DNA of 61,249 nucleotides, counting the filler, from Nemertoderma westbladi (Eukaryota > Animalia > Xenacoelomorpha): assembly GCA_032718475.1 (NCBI GenBank). It is 3 parts of 3 records of this genome, joined end to end, with 100 filler letters (N's around TTAATTAATTAA, not from the genome) between each part and the next. Parts side by side here need not be neighbours in the genome. Positions count along the whole stretch, not along the records: positions 1 to 30,746 come from JAUCBJ010007255.1; 2 more parts are not named here. One strand, given 5' to 3'. Both the position numbers and the translations under genes were made by a program. Below the pieces are notes generated by a model that ran no database searches, was not told the origin of the DNA, and saw only the letters and a program-made list of their open reading frames with translations. The stretch's first letter is position 1. Every line of letters begins with the position of its first letter. Shown here piece by piece: positions 12,776 to 25,315 of this stretch.

Positions 12776-13689
12776 GTCCTGTATTAAATCCCATTATCAC
12801 TACTGTTGGTAGAAGTTTCTTCACCAGATCTCAGAGTATATTCAATATCTGGAACTTTAAATCTTTGAGGTTAGCATAGTTAGTATTCACCGCTTTTAGG
12901 GTTCAGCCGGATCACATTATGCGTCCCCGGATAAACCAATAAAAGTCCCTAAACCGGCATTCATTACAGTAAACATACGGAGATAGAAGTATGTATCGAC
13001 CTGAAGTTATAATGGATGATATCGTTCCATTAAAGAGTAATTTATAATATGGTTTTTGCTCATCAGAACATTAATCTGTAACATCCCCTTTTACTGCAGG
13101 AAAATATATATGTTCAAATAATGGTAGAAAATAAATATATATTAATGTTCTGTAGAGCGTTAGATAGATTTCAGTAATAATCTATACATACAGATCTGGG
13201 CTCACCCTATTGCAGTTAATTTTCAATTAGGGCCTATTTTATTAATTTTCTTAATGTATATATATTTCATTTGTACTCATTCTTTTTTAAAGAGCCTATA
13301 TTTATAGACTCGTTTCAACTAAAAACTCCGATCTAATCATCGACTATGGTAATTACCGCTCCCATGCTCATATATTCCTCTCTCTTAATTGGTGTTTTAA
13401 AAGTAATATATTTTAGGCGTGGAGGCGACCCAATTTATAAGAAATATTATAACTTACCTTATGTCGTTTTAGAATTGATACTGAAATATTAATTTACCAT
13501 GTTGATGTCTCAACAAAATTATTTAGCTATATTTATTCTAAAGAATCTCCATGAAATACTCAGCCAATCATTTTGCGAGATCAACCATAAGCAAGCTGTC
13601 TTATTACTCTAGGGCCTAACACTATTCCATGTCCTATATAATTACACCTAGCTGGAATAGTGGTGAAGTGGAAGTGGTCGGACTGATTC

Positions 13690-14673
13690 CTCCTAGCCCG
13701 GCAAACACACCGGACGTGTTCTAGCACATATCTGATGTTTCAGCTAAATCAGTGATTGCACTTTGAGACATTTTGCCCTCTAGCGGCAGACTAGAGAACT
13801 GCAGACAGATGAGCCTCCTTTGAATGACACAGTTAATGGTCTAGTACAAATATACCAAGTTTCAGCTAGAGCGGGTTTAAAGCAAAGAAAATGTGAGGAT
13901 ATTTAATATCTAGACATGTAGCCCTCTAGCGAGAGACTGAGGATTTAATGGTGTCTGGAAGTCCCTAAAAAACAAAACTTATGGTCTTATTGATGCCTAC
14001 TAATTTTAGACTCGAAAGCTTTAAATCCGACGAAGACCTAAGTACGTAATTCAAATTCGGAGCGACGATGATGACATACAGTAAAATTATTGAATGAACT
14101 ATTTGCCATAATTGACCTATCCCCCTAAGAGATAGTGCCAGTTCGCAAAGGCTCCGCCAACTTCGTGGCTCGGACCCTATACCCCATGCTATAAAATGTA
14201 TTCGATCGATATACAATTATATATTAATCCGCTAGGTGGTGTCAAATTATTATTCTGCAATTTCGTACTTGTACAGTACAGCAGTACCGTACCGGTAGGC
14301 CTATGTCATTACTTCGGAGTCTCTAGCCGATCCCCAATGAAATGTCTTAACTTTTCAATTTTGTAGAAGATAGACTTTATGATTCTCTACAAGCAACCAA
14401 AATATCAGCTCTGGAAAATGAGGCGTTCAGAAATTTAACATTTTCTAAAAATAATCTGTCGAAGCTGACATCAGACTGCATGATTTTTCACCAAACTTTA
14501 CAAATTTTCTAAACTTTCCCTCTACTACTTACCTACTAAGTTTGGTTCAATTTCAAATCAGGGATGCCGAGAAATTCGCGTTCAAAGATTTACCAGACAG
14601 GCGGACAGACAGACAGACAGACGGACATGCCCCATTTGCCCTATATGAACCGTACGCCAAGGCTCGCCAACTA
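13690..14673. mobile_element. Putative non-autonomous Helentron/DINE-like element
   Basis: It has a GACA/GACG microsatellite near the end (14596-14626), ACCAAGTTTCA/ACTAAGTTTGG motifs and a terminal GGCTCGCC. Related GGGGCGAGCCACGAAG starts occur at ~39475 and ~49984. Boundaries are approximate. Confidence 0.35.
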
Positions 14674-15592
14674 CGTGTCTCGCCCCCCATTCTGTCAGCC
14701 ATTACTGGGATTCGTTGCGCCTGTTTTGGGCGTACTGTAGGTGTAACTATTCTATCCCTGTATACTGTAGAAGATTTAGGCTGTATACTATCTGCCTGTT
14801 TACTTCCTACTGGCTAAGCCCATTTGCACTTAAGACCCTAAACAACATCGAATCTATAAATTCCAGGGTTATGATCACAACATTTGATTGGAATCCCAAG
14901 ACAACAGTTATGTGTTGCTACAGTCCAACCAATGCCTCAGAGCCAGAACAAGCAGTCAAGTTTTATGAAGATCTGACTGGACTTATAAAGGACATTCCGA
15001 AACACAATGTTAAAGTCATTGCTGGTGACCTGAATGTGCAAATTGGCCCAGAAGACATCAAGGGTTACACCTATAACACCAGTTCTAACAGAAATGGGTA
15101 CTTACTTTTAGACCTAATGGAAGAATGTGAATTGATACCAACAAACAACACATTCGAAAAGAGTAAGGGGAAGCTATGGACCTTTCAATACCCTAATGGA
15201 ACCAAAGCACAACTGGATTACATCCTTATAAACAAAAAGTGGAGAAACAGCATGATCAACTGCTAGGCATACAGCTCGTTCAACCTAATTGGTTCGGACC
15301 ACAGAATTGTGACTGCAGAGATCAGACTCAGTTTGAGAGCCAGCAATCCCAGGACAAGCAAGCAAATCAACTATGACTGGGAGAAACTCAGAACTGACAA
15401 TGCATTAAAGGATGCTTACACAGTAGAAGTTCAAAACCGCTTTGAAGCACTTCAGTCAATGGATGAAGACCAGTCCACCGATTCAATATACCAGAATATA
15501 ATAACAGCCCACAAGGAATCAGCTAAGAGGCATATCCCCCAGAAACCCAAACGAAAACAGTATGTGCCATGGCAAAACTCTGAGGTTACTTG

Positions 15593-15701
15593 TGTGTGAT
15601 ATACGCGTAGCGTATATTAGACTGATTTGAATATATAGGCCGGCTACCGGTTTGACGGCAGTCTGGTTAGATTGGACTGGCAGAACCGTTCCATCATTAC
15701 A
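15593..15701 (+). repeat. Gypsy 5' LTR
   Basis: Direct repeat of 20422-20530, followed by TA and the PBS. Confidence 0.95.
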
Positions 15702-15895
15702 TATGGCGCAGTTTCAGTACTCACCTACTTGCCCATGCAGTACTGCACTTTGTACTCGGCCTAACTCACAACTCTGCAATTGCTACCGCACTTTATTCAT
15801 ATTACCTTAATAAATAATATCGGCAATTAATTTCGTAATAAACTATTTCTGTATTTGCTGATACCGTGATACGGATATTTGATATTGGATAGGCT

Positions 15896-18800
15896 ATGGC
15901 AAGAGCAAACGACGACTGCGACCCATTCTCCTTCATTCTACGAAACTCGCCACCCCCATTCGACCTGGAATCGGAACGCTCCACCTGGGAGCTGTGGCGA
16001 GACGAGTGGGACGCTTTCCTCGTCACCTCTGGACTTGGAAACTTGCGCGTCACTGACTCAGCCGATCCACCTGACCCAACCGTATCGGCAGCTCTTCTAG
16101 CGGCAACAAACCGCATACGGCGGGCAACTCTGACCACCGCCTTCTCCCACGCAACGAACGCAGTCGTCAAGGGTTTGGGCCTGTCCGCCATCGACAATGC
16201 AGACACCGATGTTATCATCCAACATCTCGGCGTCCATATCGACGGCGGGACCAATAAACGCGTCCACCGGCAGGAACTGTCGCGCCGATCCCGCCTACTT
16301 GAGGAAACTCCTGAGACATTCCTAGTTAACCTCCGGGATATCGCTTCGAAATGCAGATTCGAGGCACTCCCGACTCCGGATGCCCATCGCAACGACAGAC
16401 TGCTCGACCAATTTATCGCCGGCTTCGGCGATAAAGAGGTTACTGAGCACCTACTCCGGCTCCCCGCAGGAAGTTCGATCACCGACGCCCTCAACCTCGC
16501 CCAAACCGTGTGGACCGCGCGGAAGGATGCAGCCTCACTCTCCTTCTCCTCCACACCGGCACCTACGGCAGCTAAGGCGGAGGCAAGGTCGGATAAACGA
16601 CGGAAAGGGAACCGGAGCCCTCGCTCCAACGCTATCCCAACGGGCCCGACCTGCACCAAATGCGGCTATCCCCCACACGGACCGGGCCAACGTTGCCCCG
16701 GTACGGACGCGCGGTGCCGCCACTGTAAACTGGTCGGACACTACGACAGGATGTGTCCCAGACCCCGCCCCCCACAGGCCCACGCAGCTGCCGCACCCCC
16801 GGCACCATGCTACATGGAGGACCACACCGCAACCAACAATGCCGAAGTCTGGTCGGTCCTGGTTGGAACCGAACTCGAGAACGCCCCGGTTGTTTCATCA
16901 ACCGAACAACTCGAGTCACTAGAGACCGTCACCCTGGGCTTCCAAGTCTACAAGAACCTGGCATCTGGAATTCCGGAACTCCAGTTTCTTCCGGACTCTG
17001 GGGCCAACATCTCGGCTATTCCGTTCCGGATATTCACCGCGTTTGGTGGCCAGATCGGAAACCTCCGCAAACCCTTCCCCAATCCACAAGCCCCGATACT
17101 CGCCAACGGCAGCCAGACTGGATGGGAATTCAAGGGACTGTTCACCGCTACGATCCAGTGCCACGACCTCCACACCGCCTGTACAACCGACATCTGGGTG
17201 CTGGAGGGACTCCAGCAGCCACTCCTGTGCCGCAAGTCCTGCTTTACCCTAAGGATTCTCAGCAGCCCAATCCTTAGAGGTGGGTCGCCAGCACCCCCTG
17301 TCGTGGCGTCCTCCACAGGCCCCACCACACCGCCACCGACAGAGCTTACTACCCCATCCAAAGCTACAATTACCACACCCACCGTAGACCGTGATATAGC
17401 TTGGCGGGCCCTGGAAACCCGCTTCCCGCACCCCCTATCGGGTGTCTGCAGGGTGATGAAGGGTGGGGACATTACTATCAAACTCACTCCGGGCGCGAAA
17501 CCTAAAAACTCATACGCCAATAGGGCCATCCCAGCGAACCTAGAGGAGGCCTTTAACAGGGAACTGGATGAACAGGTGGCCATGGGGATTCTAGAACCAG
17601 CCAACGACGAAAACTGCCCCAGCGACTGGCTGAGCCACATGGTTATTACCCGTAAAAAAGATGGTGAATCGGTCCGAATTACCGTCGACCTCCGGGAACT
17701 CAACCTGAACACCGTCCGCCCAACCTACTTCTCCCCATCCCCGTTCCACGTCGTTTCGCGGATCCCTCCCACCGCCAGTGTATTCACCGTTATAGACGGA
17801 TTAAAGGGGTTCCACCAGGTCAACTTGGACCCCCGGAGTCGGGGTCTTACAATATTCGTCACACCGCGAGGCCGCTACCGCTACTTCCGCATGCCCATGG
17901 GCTGGCACGGCAGCTCGGATGTTTTAATGCCCGCATGGCCCATGCACTCCGGGGGATCCCCAACATCGGCCGCATCGTGGAAGACATTATAATTTACACG
18001 GAAACAGCGGAGGAACACAACGAGGCAGTAGCCAAAGTCCTGACTGCCTGCGACGAGGCCGATATATCCATAAACCCGAAGAAGGTGCAGTTCTGCCTTC
18101 CAGAGGTTAAATTCGGTGGATATATCGTCTCCAAAGGGCAATACCGCATCGACCCAGACCTCACCGAGGACCTCCACCAATTCCCGGTCCCCACGAACCG
18201 ACACCAACTCCGGTCGTTCCTCGGCCTAGCCCAACAGTTGGGCAACTCCACGGCCGAGATCACCCGCCTCGTGGAACCACTACGTGGGTTGAACTCAAGC
18301 CGCACAGCTTGGTTGTGGCTCCCCGAACACCAGGTGGCGTTCGAGGCCACCCGGTCCGCGCTGTCTGCCCCCCACTACTTGTCCGGTTTCCAGCCGGACC
18401 GCAGAACCGAGCTGCTCACCGACGCCTCCCATCTCAACGGACTCGGTTTCCTCCTCCGGCAGTGGGATTCGGCCATGAACCACTGGCTAACGGTCCAGTA
18501 CGGCTCCCGGACCCTCGCCAAACACGAGGCCAACTGGTCCGGAATGGCCAAGCTGGAGGCCCTCGGGGCGGCCTGGGCGGCCCACAAGTGCCGCTACTTT
18601 CTCGACGGCCTCCGTCATTTCGATCTCGTAACCGACTGCAGCCCCCTGATACCGATTCTAAACGAGCGACGGTTGGATCAAGTCACGAATGACCGGTTAT
18701 TAAAACTCAAAACGGCTTTATCACGGTTCTCCTTCACCGCCCGACACCAGAAGGGGGCTAAACACGTGGTTGCTGATGCCTTCTCCCGGGCCGCAATCCA

Positions 18801-20318
18801 CCCCCCGGTCCCCACCGACTTAATCCTGACCCAGGAAGACGAGACGGACCGCGAATACATAATAAATGCGGCCATCGGCGCGATCCCAACCCTCGACTCC
18901 CGGGACGCCCGTCTCCAGGAAATTCGTGAGGCGGGACAACGCGACCCGACATACCGCGCCCTCCTCGCCACCATCACCGATTGCTGGCCCACGTCAAAAC
19001 ACGACGTCACCAACGACTGGGTCCGCCCCTATTACCAGTTCAGGTGTGACCTGATGGCCCAAGACGGGCTCATACTACGTGGTCCCCAACTATACATACC
19101 AACTGAGATGCGGGCCAATACACTCAGCCAACTCCATGCCTCGCACCAGGGCCTTAACAAAACTCAGGAACGGGCCAACCGGGCAGTCTGGTGGCCCACC
19201 ATCGCGAATGATGTGAAACAGGCTGTCGAACGCTGCCAGTCGTGTCAGACAGTCCTCCCATCCCACGCCCCCGAGCCACTGCAACACAACCCAGACGCCA
19301 CCCGACCGTTCCAGCGCGTCCACGTGGACCTCTGCGTAGTGACCGCCGTGAACTACCTCGTCTGCACGGACGACTACACGGGCTGGCCCACACTATTTCG
19401 CCTCGGCGCGGACACCACATCAGGGGCGATTATTCCCTGCCTCCGACGTCTCTTCCTCACCACCGCCGTTCCAACCATCCTTCACTCAGATAGCGGCCCG
19501 CAACTCGTGTCGGACGCGGTGCGCCAGTTCCTCCAGCGCTGGGGAGTACGTCTGGAGCCATCCAGCCCCCACCTACCTCGCACAAACGGACGAGCGGAGG
19601 CGGCCGTGAAGGCCATGAAGAAAATTATCAGGGGCGCTAACCACGACTCTGACGGCATCACACAGGGCGTCCTCGCATTCCGGAATACACCACGTTACGG
19701 CGGCCGGTCCCCAGTGGAACTCCTGTACGGGAGGAACATCCGTGAGGCCCTCCCCGCCCACTTCTCATCGTTCGACCCAAAATGGCGCGCACTTTTCTGG
19801 AGCTCGACGAAATCGCCGCCGAAAACTCAGCCGAGCTGCGCGCCAATTACGACTGCCACACACGCCCCCTACGCGCGCTCTCCATTGGCCAACCAGCCCT
19901 CATTCAGGACCCAGCGACCAAGCGTTGGACAGGCTATGGCACCGTGGTGGAGGTCCTCCCCAACCACGATTATCTCGTGTGCCAAGAAAGCGGTCGTACC
20001 GTCCGGCGCAACCGCGTCCTCCTCCGGGTCCGGAATTTTGCAGCGCCCACCAGCGGCCAACCACCGCAACAACCCACTCCAACGCCACAGCCACCGTTAC
20101 CCGTACGCACGACACCGACCTCACCAGCCCTGCCGCGACCAACTTGGGCACACATTGCGGGGCACCCAACCACCACCCCGCCAGTCGCAGACCACAGCCA
20201 ACCAACACCAGACGGCTCAGTCTCGATGCCAGAAGCACCCTACACCTCCGGGTCTGGGAGGGCAGTCAGGCCCCCATCGCGCTATGCGAATAGTGACTAT
20301 AGTAAACAATCCAATTAG
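15896..20318 (+). pseudogene. Gypsy gag-pol polyprotein with two single-base frameshifts (~17922, ~19785)
   Basis: Zinc knuckles CTKCGYPPH...C and CRHCKLVGHYDRMC; protease PDSGA; RT RITVDLRELN, DGLKGFHQ, RMPMG and IVED; RNase H TDAS; integrase HASH...CQSC, HVD, HSDSG and NGRAE. Confidence 0.93.
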
Positions 20319-20421
20319 CCCTACACAATGGGACATTTAGTATTAACATTTAACTAGTAACATGTTATAAATAGTAATATAATGTACACTCACACAATCA
20401 ACCCCCCACTATTAAGGGGTA

Positions 20422-20530
20422 TGTGTGATATAGGCGTAGCGTATATTAGACTGATTTGAATATATAGGCCGGCTACCGGTTTGACGGCAGTCTGGTTAGA
20501 TTGGACTGGCAGAACCGTTCCATCATTACA
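20422..20530 (+). repeat. Gypsy 3' LTR
   Basis: Preceded by the PPT plus TA; 108 of 109 bases match the 5' LTR. Confidence 0.95.
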
Positions 20531-21548
20531 TAACTTGTAAGAGAGAAGATCTTCTTAAGATAGCCTACAAAGATAAAACCGAACAAACAACAACAGAAAA
20601 CATTAACAAGGTTGAGAAAGCTAAGGACGATCTTAAATTGGCCTACAACATCAGCCAGGAAAAGTACATACAGGATAAAATTGAAGCAATTACAACTGCT
20701 CACATACAGCAACAATCAAGACTTACATGGCAAACTGTAAATGAGGTATCTGGTCGGAAAAGTTGTGCAAAGGGGCGCCTCAAAGCCGATAGTCCTAAAG
20801 AACGTGTTGGGAAGTGAAAAAATGACTTCAGCAACTTGCTTGGGCAGCCACCAAACATCGAGGTCAGCCCTACAAGGAAAATATATGACAAGACACTACC
20901 TATAGAAACACGGGACTTCACACCTGCCGAACTCCAAAGAAGCATTGAAAGCATGTCCAATAATAAAGCGAGTGGATTAGATGAAATCCCAGCGGAGGTA
21001 TGGAAAACAGGAGTGCTAAGCAGACCATTATTGAATGTTTGCAACCGGATATTAAAAGGGGAAATACCACCACCAATTCGGACTAAAGGTCAACTAAAAT
21101 GCCTCTCCCAAAGAAAGGAGACCTCGGTATACCAACAAACAATCGTGGGATCTGTCTGCTTGTGGTAGCTGCCAAAATATACAATAAAATGATTCTATAT
21201 AGGATTAGACCTCACATAGAGAAACTACTGCATCAGAGCAAAGGCGGATTTCGACCAAGTAGATCAACAATAGCTCAGATACTTGCACTACGGAGACTGA
21301 TTGAAGGAATTAAGTCAAAGAATCTCCCCGCAGTCATGACATTTATGGACTTCAAGAAGGCATTCGACTCCATCCATAGAGGTAAAATGCTTGAAATCCT
21401 AAGAGCTTATGGAATACCAGAAGTAATCGTTGCTGGCATTGGATTGTTATATTGTGACACAGAAGCACAGGTACTCTCACCAGATGGTGAAAAAAAGGTT
21501 TTTCTCAATCCTGGCTGGCGTACTGCACGCTGACACATTAGCACCATG

Positions 21549-22230
21549 TATTGCAATACATACGTGCTTGGGAAGCTAGCACAGACCTTCACTGCGACTC
21601 GTACCACCGTTACTATCCCGGACGCGCCTATGAGGGAGTGTAGGCCTACGCATTTCACCCCTACCTATTTCCCCAAATCGAACAGACAACTCGTATTCCC
21701 AGTTATGAACTGCTCAAACGTGTTGGTGAGTCCATTTCCACCAAATATGTGAGAAAATATTTGAAAAATATCAACCCAAATAACCTGGACTCTTATAATC
21801 TGCTTGGTTGTATCGGACGAGACCTGGAATACGGTGACATCCCGAGTTGCAAGAGGTCCACCGACGCTGTGGAGTCGTACAAAACTGTGAAGTCGTACAA
21901 ACGACTAAGGCGGGACCTGTCCATGCTGCGGTCTTGAGACGAGCGCTAAAGATCGTACGACCTCAACCCCTTCGACCCTCTGGTAGACGTGTTGATACCG
22001 AAACACCGTCCAAGGAGAGAAGAGCCGCCTCTATGGACATCGACCAACCAGGTACCTCGACCGGCGGATACACCGACTGCAGCCCCAACCCTTCTGATGC
22101 AATTGTATTGCACCCTTCCCCGATGAGTTATAGTCCTCCGAGTAAAGTGGCTCGTAGCGCCAGGAAGAAGACAACCACCACCCAAAAGTTCAAGAAACCC
22201 CGTAAACGTCGTTCTAGAAAGAAAGATTGA
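21549..22230 (+). pseudogene. Degraded ORF of unknown origin with a basic C-terminal tail
   Basis: A coding-like frame VLQYIRAWEASTDLH...YLKNINPNNLDSYNLLGC contains one stop and an apparent frameshift, and ends ...KFKKPRKRRSRKKD. GGGAGTGG|TGTTAAAG follows at 22303-22318 (PPT/LTR-start-like). Confidence 0.35.
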
Positions 22231-24024
22231 TTGTTTAGAGTAGTTATTATATTAAGAAATTGTGACTCTATGTATATTTTATAGACCTAAGTCCCATTTT
22301 CTGGGAGTGGTGTTAAAGCTTTTGCGGCCAAAATGTCCCCATTTTACACAATGCGCTGGTTACTCTAAACCCTTAAAAAACTCTTTAAGAAATTTGTACT
22401 TTTATGAACTGATGTAAACTTACTCCCTCCAGCGTTTATTCTCAGTATAACACTTTCCCCTACATTCCCACAGAAACCCAAATACTCAGATTACGAAATC
22501 ACAAGCCATTGGATATTATTCTCTTTGTTTACATTACTTTTTGTTAGTCACCGTCCAATCAGTATACTTTCCCTCCTACGTCACCCCATACACTGAATTA
22601 CCGGATCCATTGGTTACGGGTTGATGGCATGGAAACTGGTCCCTGATTGGGAGTTCTTGCATGTTCCATACGTTCTACGGCGTTCGATATGATTCATGCT
22701 TTGTGAACTACTTGAGGCAAGAATATTCTTGCAGGTTTCAGTGAGAGTGTGTGAGTTTTTTATTCACTTCCTGATGCTTTTGCCCAGAAACATCAGTGAC
22801 TAGAAAGATACAGAACGCAAATCTATTTAACGTTCACAAACACTGACATACTACATTTGCACAACTCACTGCAACACGTCCTGGCTGTCTGATATTGCCG
22901 CAAAACCGCATTTTTATACTGATTTATGCTGTTATAATTTGTTGTTATTGTATCATATGGATTGATGTTATTAGTTGGAGAATACTTACGAATAACCGGT
23001 AGATCTCTTGGTTTTCATGATCATTGAGGTAAGCTGAGGGGTTTGCTATTCACAATTGCATAGCTCAAATAACAGTGGTTTGTATGAGTTTATGCTGTTT
23101 CATAGTCCCCAACGTACGTGAGTAAGTTCTCCCTATATGCAAGTAAATTGGTGGCTATTGGCAAATTAGCGTGTTTCAGTACTATTGCCCGTCCGTGTAA
23201 GAGTGTGAACGTATAATAAATACATCCCTAAAGGATGTAAACATTTGCGTTATCTTATGCCCACCCGTTGTAGTTAGTATAAGTCATATTTCTGCGTAGT
23301 ATTTAAAGCGCAACACCTGAAAGGAACTGTCAGTATTTAACGGAAAATAAACATAGTTTTTGGAGATTATATAGTAAAGCTCGATCAAATAATACAAGGT
23401 ATCCTACGTCTTTTTCCTACGACTTTCTGCCATCGAATCCAGTCTCCCACCTCCGGTGGGTCATACGCCGCGCTAGACTGGCTTCGGCTGTGTTCATCTG
23501 TTTTGGGCTGTCAGGTATTAATAGACATATAAATTAGCAGGTTAAACTGTTAAAGGTCTAAAAGCGCGAACATGTAGCAAATTGGGAATTCAAACTTGTA
23601 TACATATGCGTTCAGTTGCAATCAGAAGTCTTTTTAAGCGACTACGTGCATGGTTCAATCCAATAATCGGTAACATTCTCTCTAACTGTGCTAGGGTTTC
23701 ACGTATCCTACCGATGGATAACCTTTCTTTTCTTTGTAAATAATAATTATTGTAATATACACATTTGGTTTGCACTATTTACAGTAGATTAATTAATGTA
23801 ACTGGTTTATTTGTTTTGTGCTGTTCGTTTTGAATGTAGTATTTCTATTTTTATGGACAGTTATGTCTGGATTAAAGATTAAATAAATAAATAAATAACT
23901 TTGTGAAAAATGAATGAAATTCAAATAGAAATAATAATAGAAAATAGAAAAAGAAATATAAATATAAAAATAGCAAACAAACAATTTGCCAGTATTATTC
24001 ATATATCTTTACATTGATTTGACT

Positions 24025-24330
24025 TTTTGGTGAAAATGTCCCCCACCCCCCAAATTTTTCTACAAATCTTTATCATATTTCTTGAAATTTGAAACACAAC
24101 TAGTTCAACTCACCGTGGTTGTTACCATGAAATTTTGATTTCGCCTTTATAATTTTTTTATAGGCTTTTAAAAAAGTGACTTTTGCGAAATCGCACCCTC
24201 CGTATCGTGGCCATTCTTCCATTAGACGTAATTTTTTCATATTATTAAAAAGCTCGCGTTGCAAGGATTCCAAATATGTAACAATATCTGAATTTCGTTC
24301 AGAAACAGCTGAGATATAGGCGTTCAAAGA
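24025..24330. repeat. Dispersed repeat (MITE-like), second copy at ~30440-30746
   Basis: Both copies share CCCCC-AAATTTTTCTACAAATCTTTATCATATT...GAAACAGCTGAGATATA. Confidence 0.75.
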
Positions 24331-24774
24331 TTGAAAGAATTATTGTTCACTGCAGGCCATTTATTCTAATTAATAAATACACAAAATTCTAGAATGTGTT
24401 ATTTATTTTATGAGTTGGTAGGCAACAGCGGTATACCTTTCCAATATATCTATTGCATCTATTCATACATAAACAAATTGTTCCAGAATATTGCGTATTT
24501 ATTAAATAGAATAAATGGCCTACAGCGAACGATAATTCTTGCAATCTTTGAACGCCTACTGTACCGGTTTCTCTACTGCTGTTCTCTCAGGCTATCAGTA
24601 CCGGTATTAGTATATATAGCACTATTTTGCTGCATTGTATGTACAGATGTAGGTATAAAGCAGGCATTTCTGTATTTTAGTACCGGTACCGGCACCGGTA
24701 CTGCTGTAGGCCTACTCTGTTTAACTACCTACTGTACCATTTAAATACGGTACTGGTAGGCCTACCGGCTGACC

Positions 24775-25315
24775 GGTTGTTTTGGTTAGAAAATCCCGCC
24801 TCATCTGTAACCTGCTACTTTGCCTGATTTGGTAAAGTGACCGTTTATTGTTTTGGTTAGAAAGGCCCGCCTCTGTAACCTGCTCCTTTCCTTCATTTTG
24901 TAAAGTGACTGTTTATTCTTTTGGTTAGAAAATCCCGCCTCTGTAACCTGCCTCTTTCCCTCAATTAATTAAGTGATCGTTTATTGTTTTGGTTAGGAAA
25001 TCCCGCCTCTGTAACCTGCTCCTTTCTCTCAATTGGTAATGTTATCGTTTATTGTTTTGGTTAGAAAATCCCGTCTCTGTAACCTGCTCCTTTCCCTGAT
25101 TTGGTAAAGTCACTGTTTATTGTTTTGGTTAGAAAATCCCGTCTCTGTAACCTGCCCCTTTCCCTCAATTAGTTAAATGATCGTTTATTGTTTTGGTTAG
25201 AAAATCCCGCCTCTGTAACCTGCTCCTTTCCCTGATTCGGTAAAGTGCCTGTTTATTGTTTTGGTTAGAAAATCCGGCCTTAACCTGCTCCTTTCCATCA
25301 ATTGGTAATTGTTTT
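24775..25315. repeat. ~61-bp tandem repeat, about 9 copies
   Basis: The unit is TTTATTGTTTTGGTTAGAAAATCCCGCCTCTGTAACCTGCTCCTTTCCCT... Confidence 0.92.

Larger units (their letters stand above)
15593..20530 (+). mobile_element. Full-length Ty3/Gypsy LTR retrotransposon (Mag-like architecture)
   Basis: TG...CA LTRs lie at 15593-15701 and 20422-20530 (109 bp, one mismatch). The PBS TGGCGCAG starts at 15704 and the PPT AAGGGG is at 20414-20419. The TSD ACTTG is at 15588-15592 and 20533-20537. Domain order is gag-PR-RT-RH-IN. Confidence 0.97.
14813..21548 (+). mobile_element. RTE-like LINE, family B copy 2, interrupted by the Gypsy element
   Basis: The APE region spans 14813-15592. The LINE resumes at 20533 with PLPKKGD, GFRPSRST, DFKKAFDSI and a degenerate GVLQ-DTLAP. 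Confidence 0.88.

Noticed and set aside
12307-12879. Overlapping repetitive ORFs
   Set aside because: They are by-products of the minisatellite.
17915-17935. Programmed ribosomal frameshift in the Gypsy element
   Set aside because: It falls in the middle of RT, not at the gag-pol boundary. Adding one T to the T run restores DVFNARM, so it is a mutation or a sequencing error.
15802-20293. Many antisense and alternate-frame ORFs over the Gypsy element (likewise over FAM149 and the zinc-finger gene)
   Set aside because: These are expected shadows of GC-rich coding DNA and show no recognisable motifs.
24775-25315. CRISPR-like repeat-spacer pattern
   Set aside because: The variable parts are diverged versions of the same sequence, not unique spacers.
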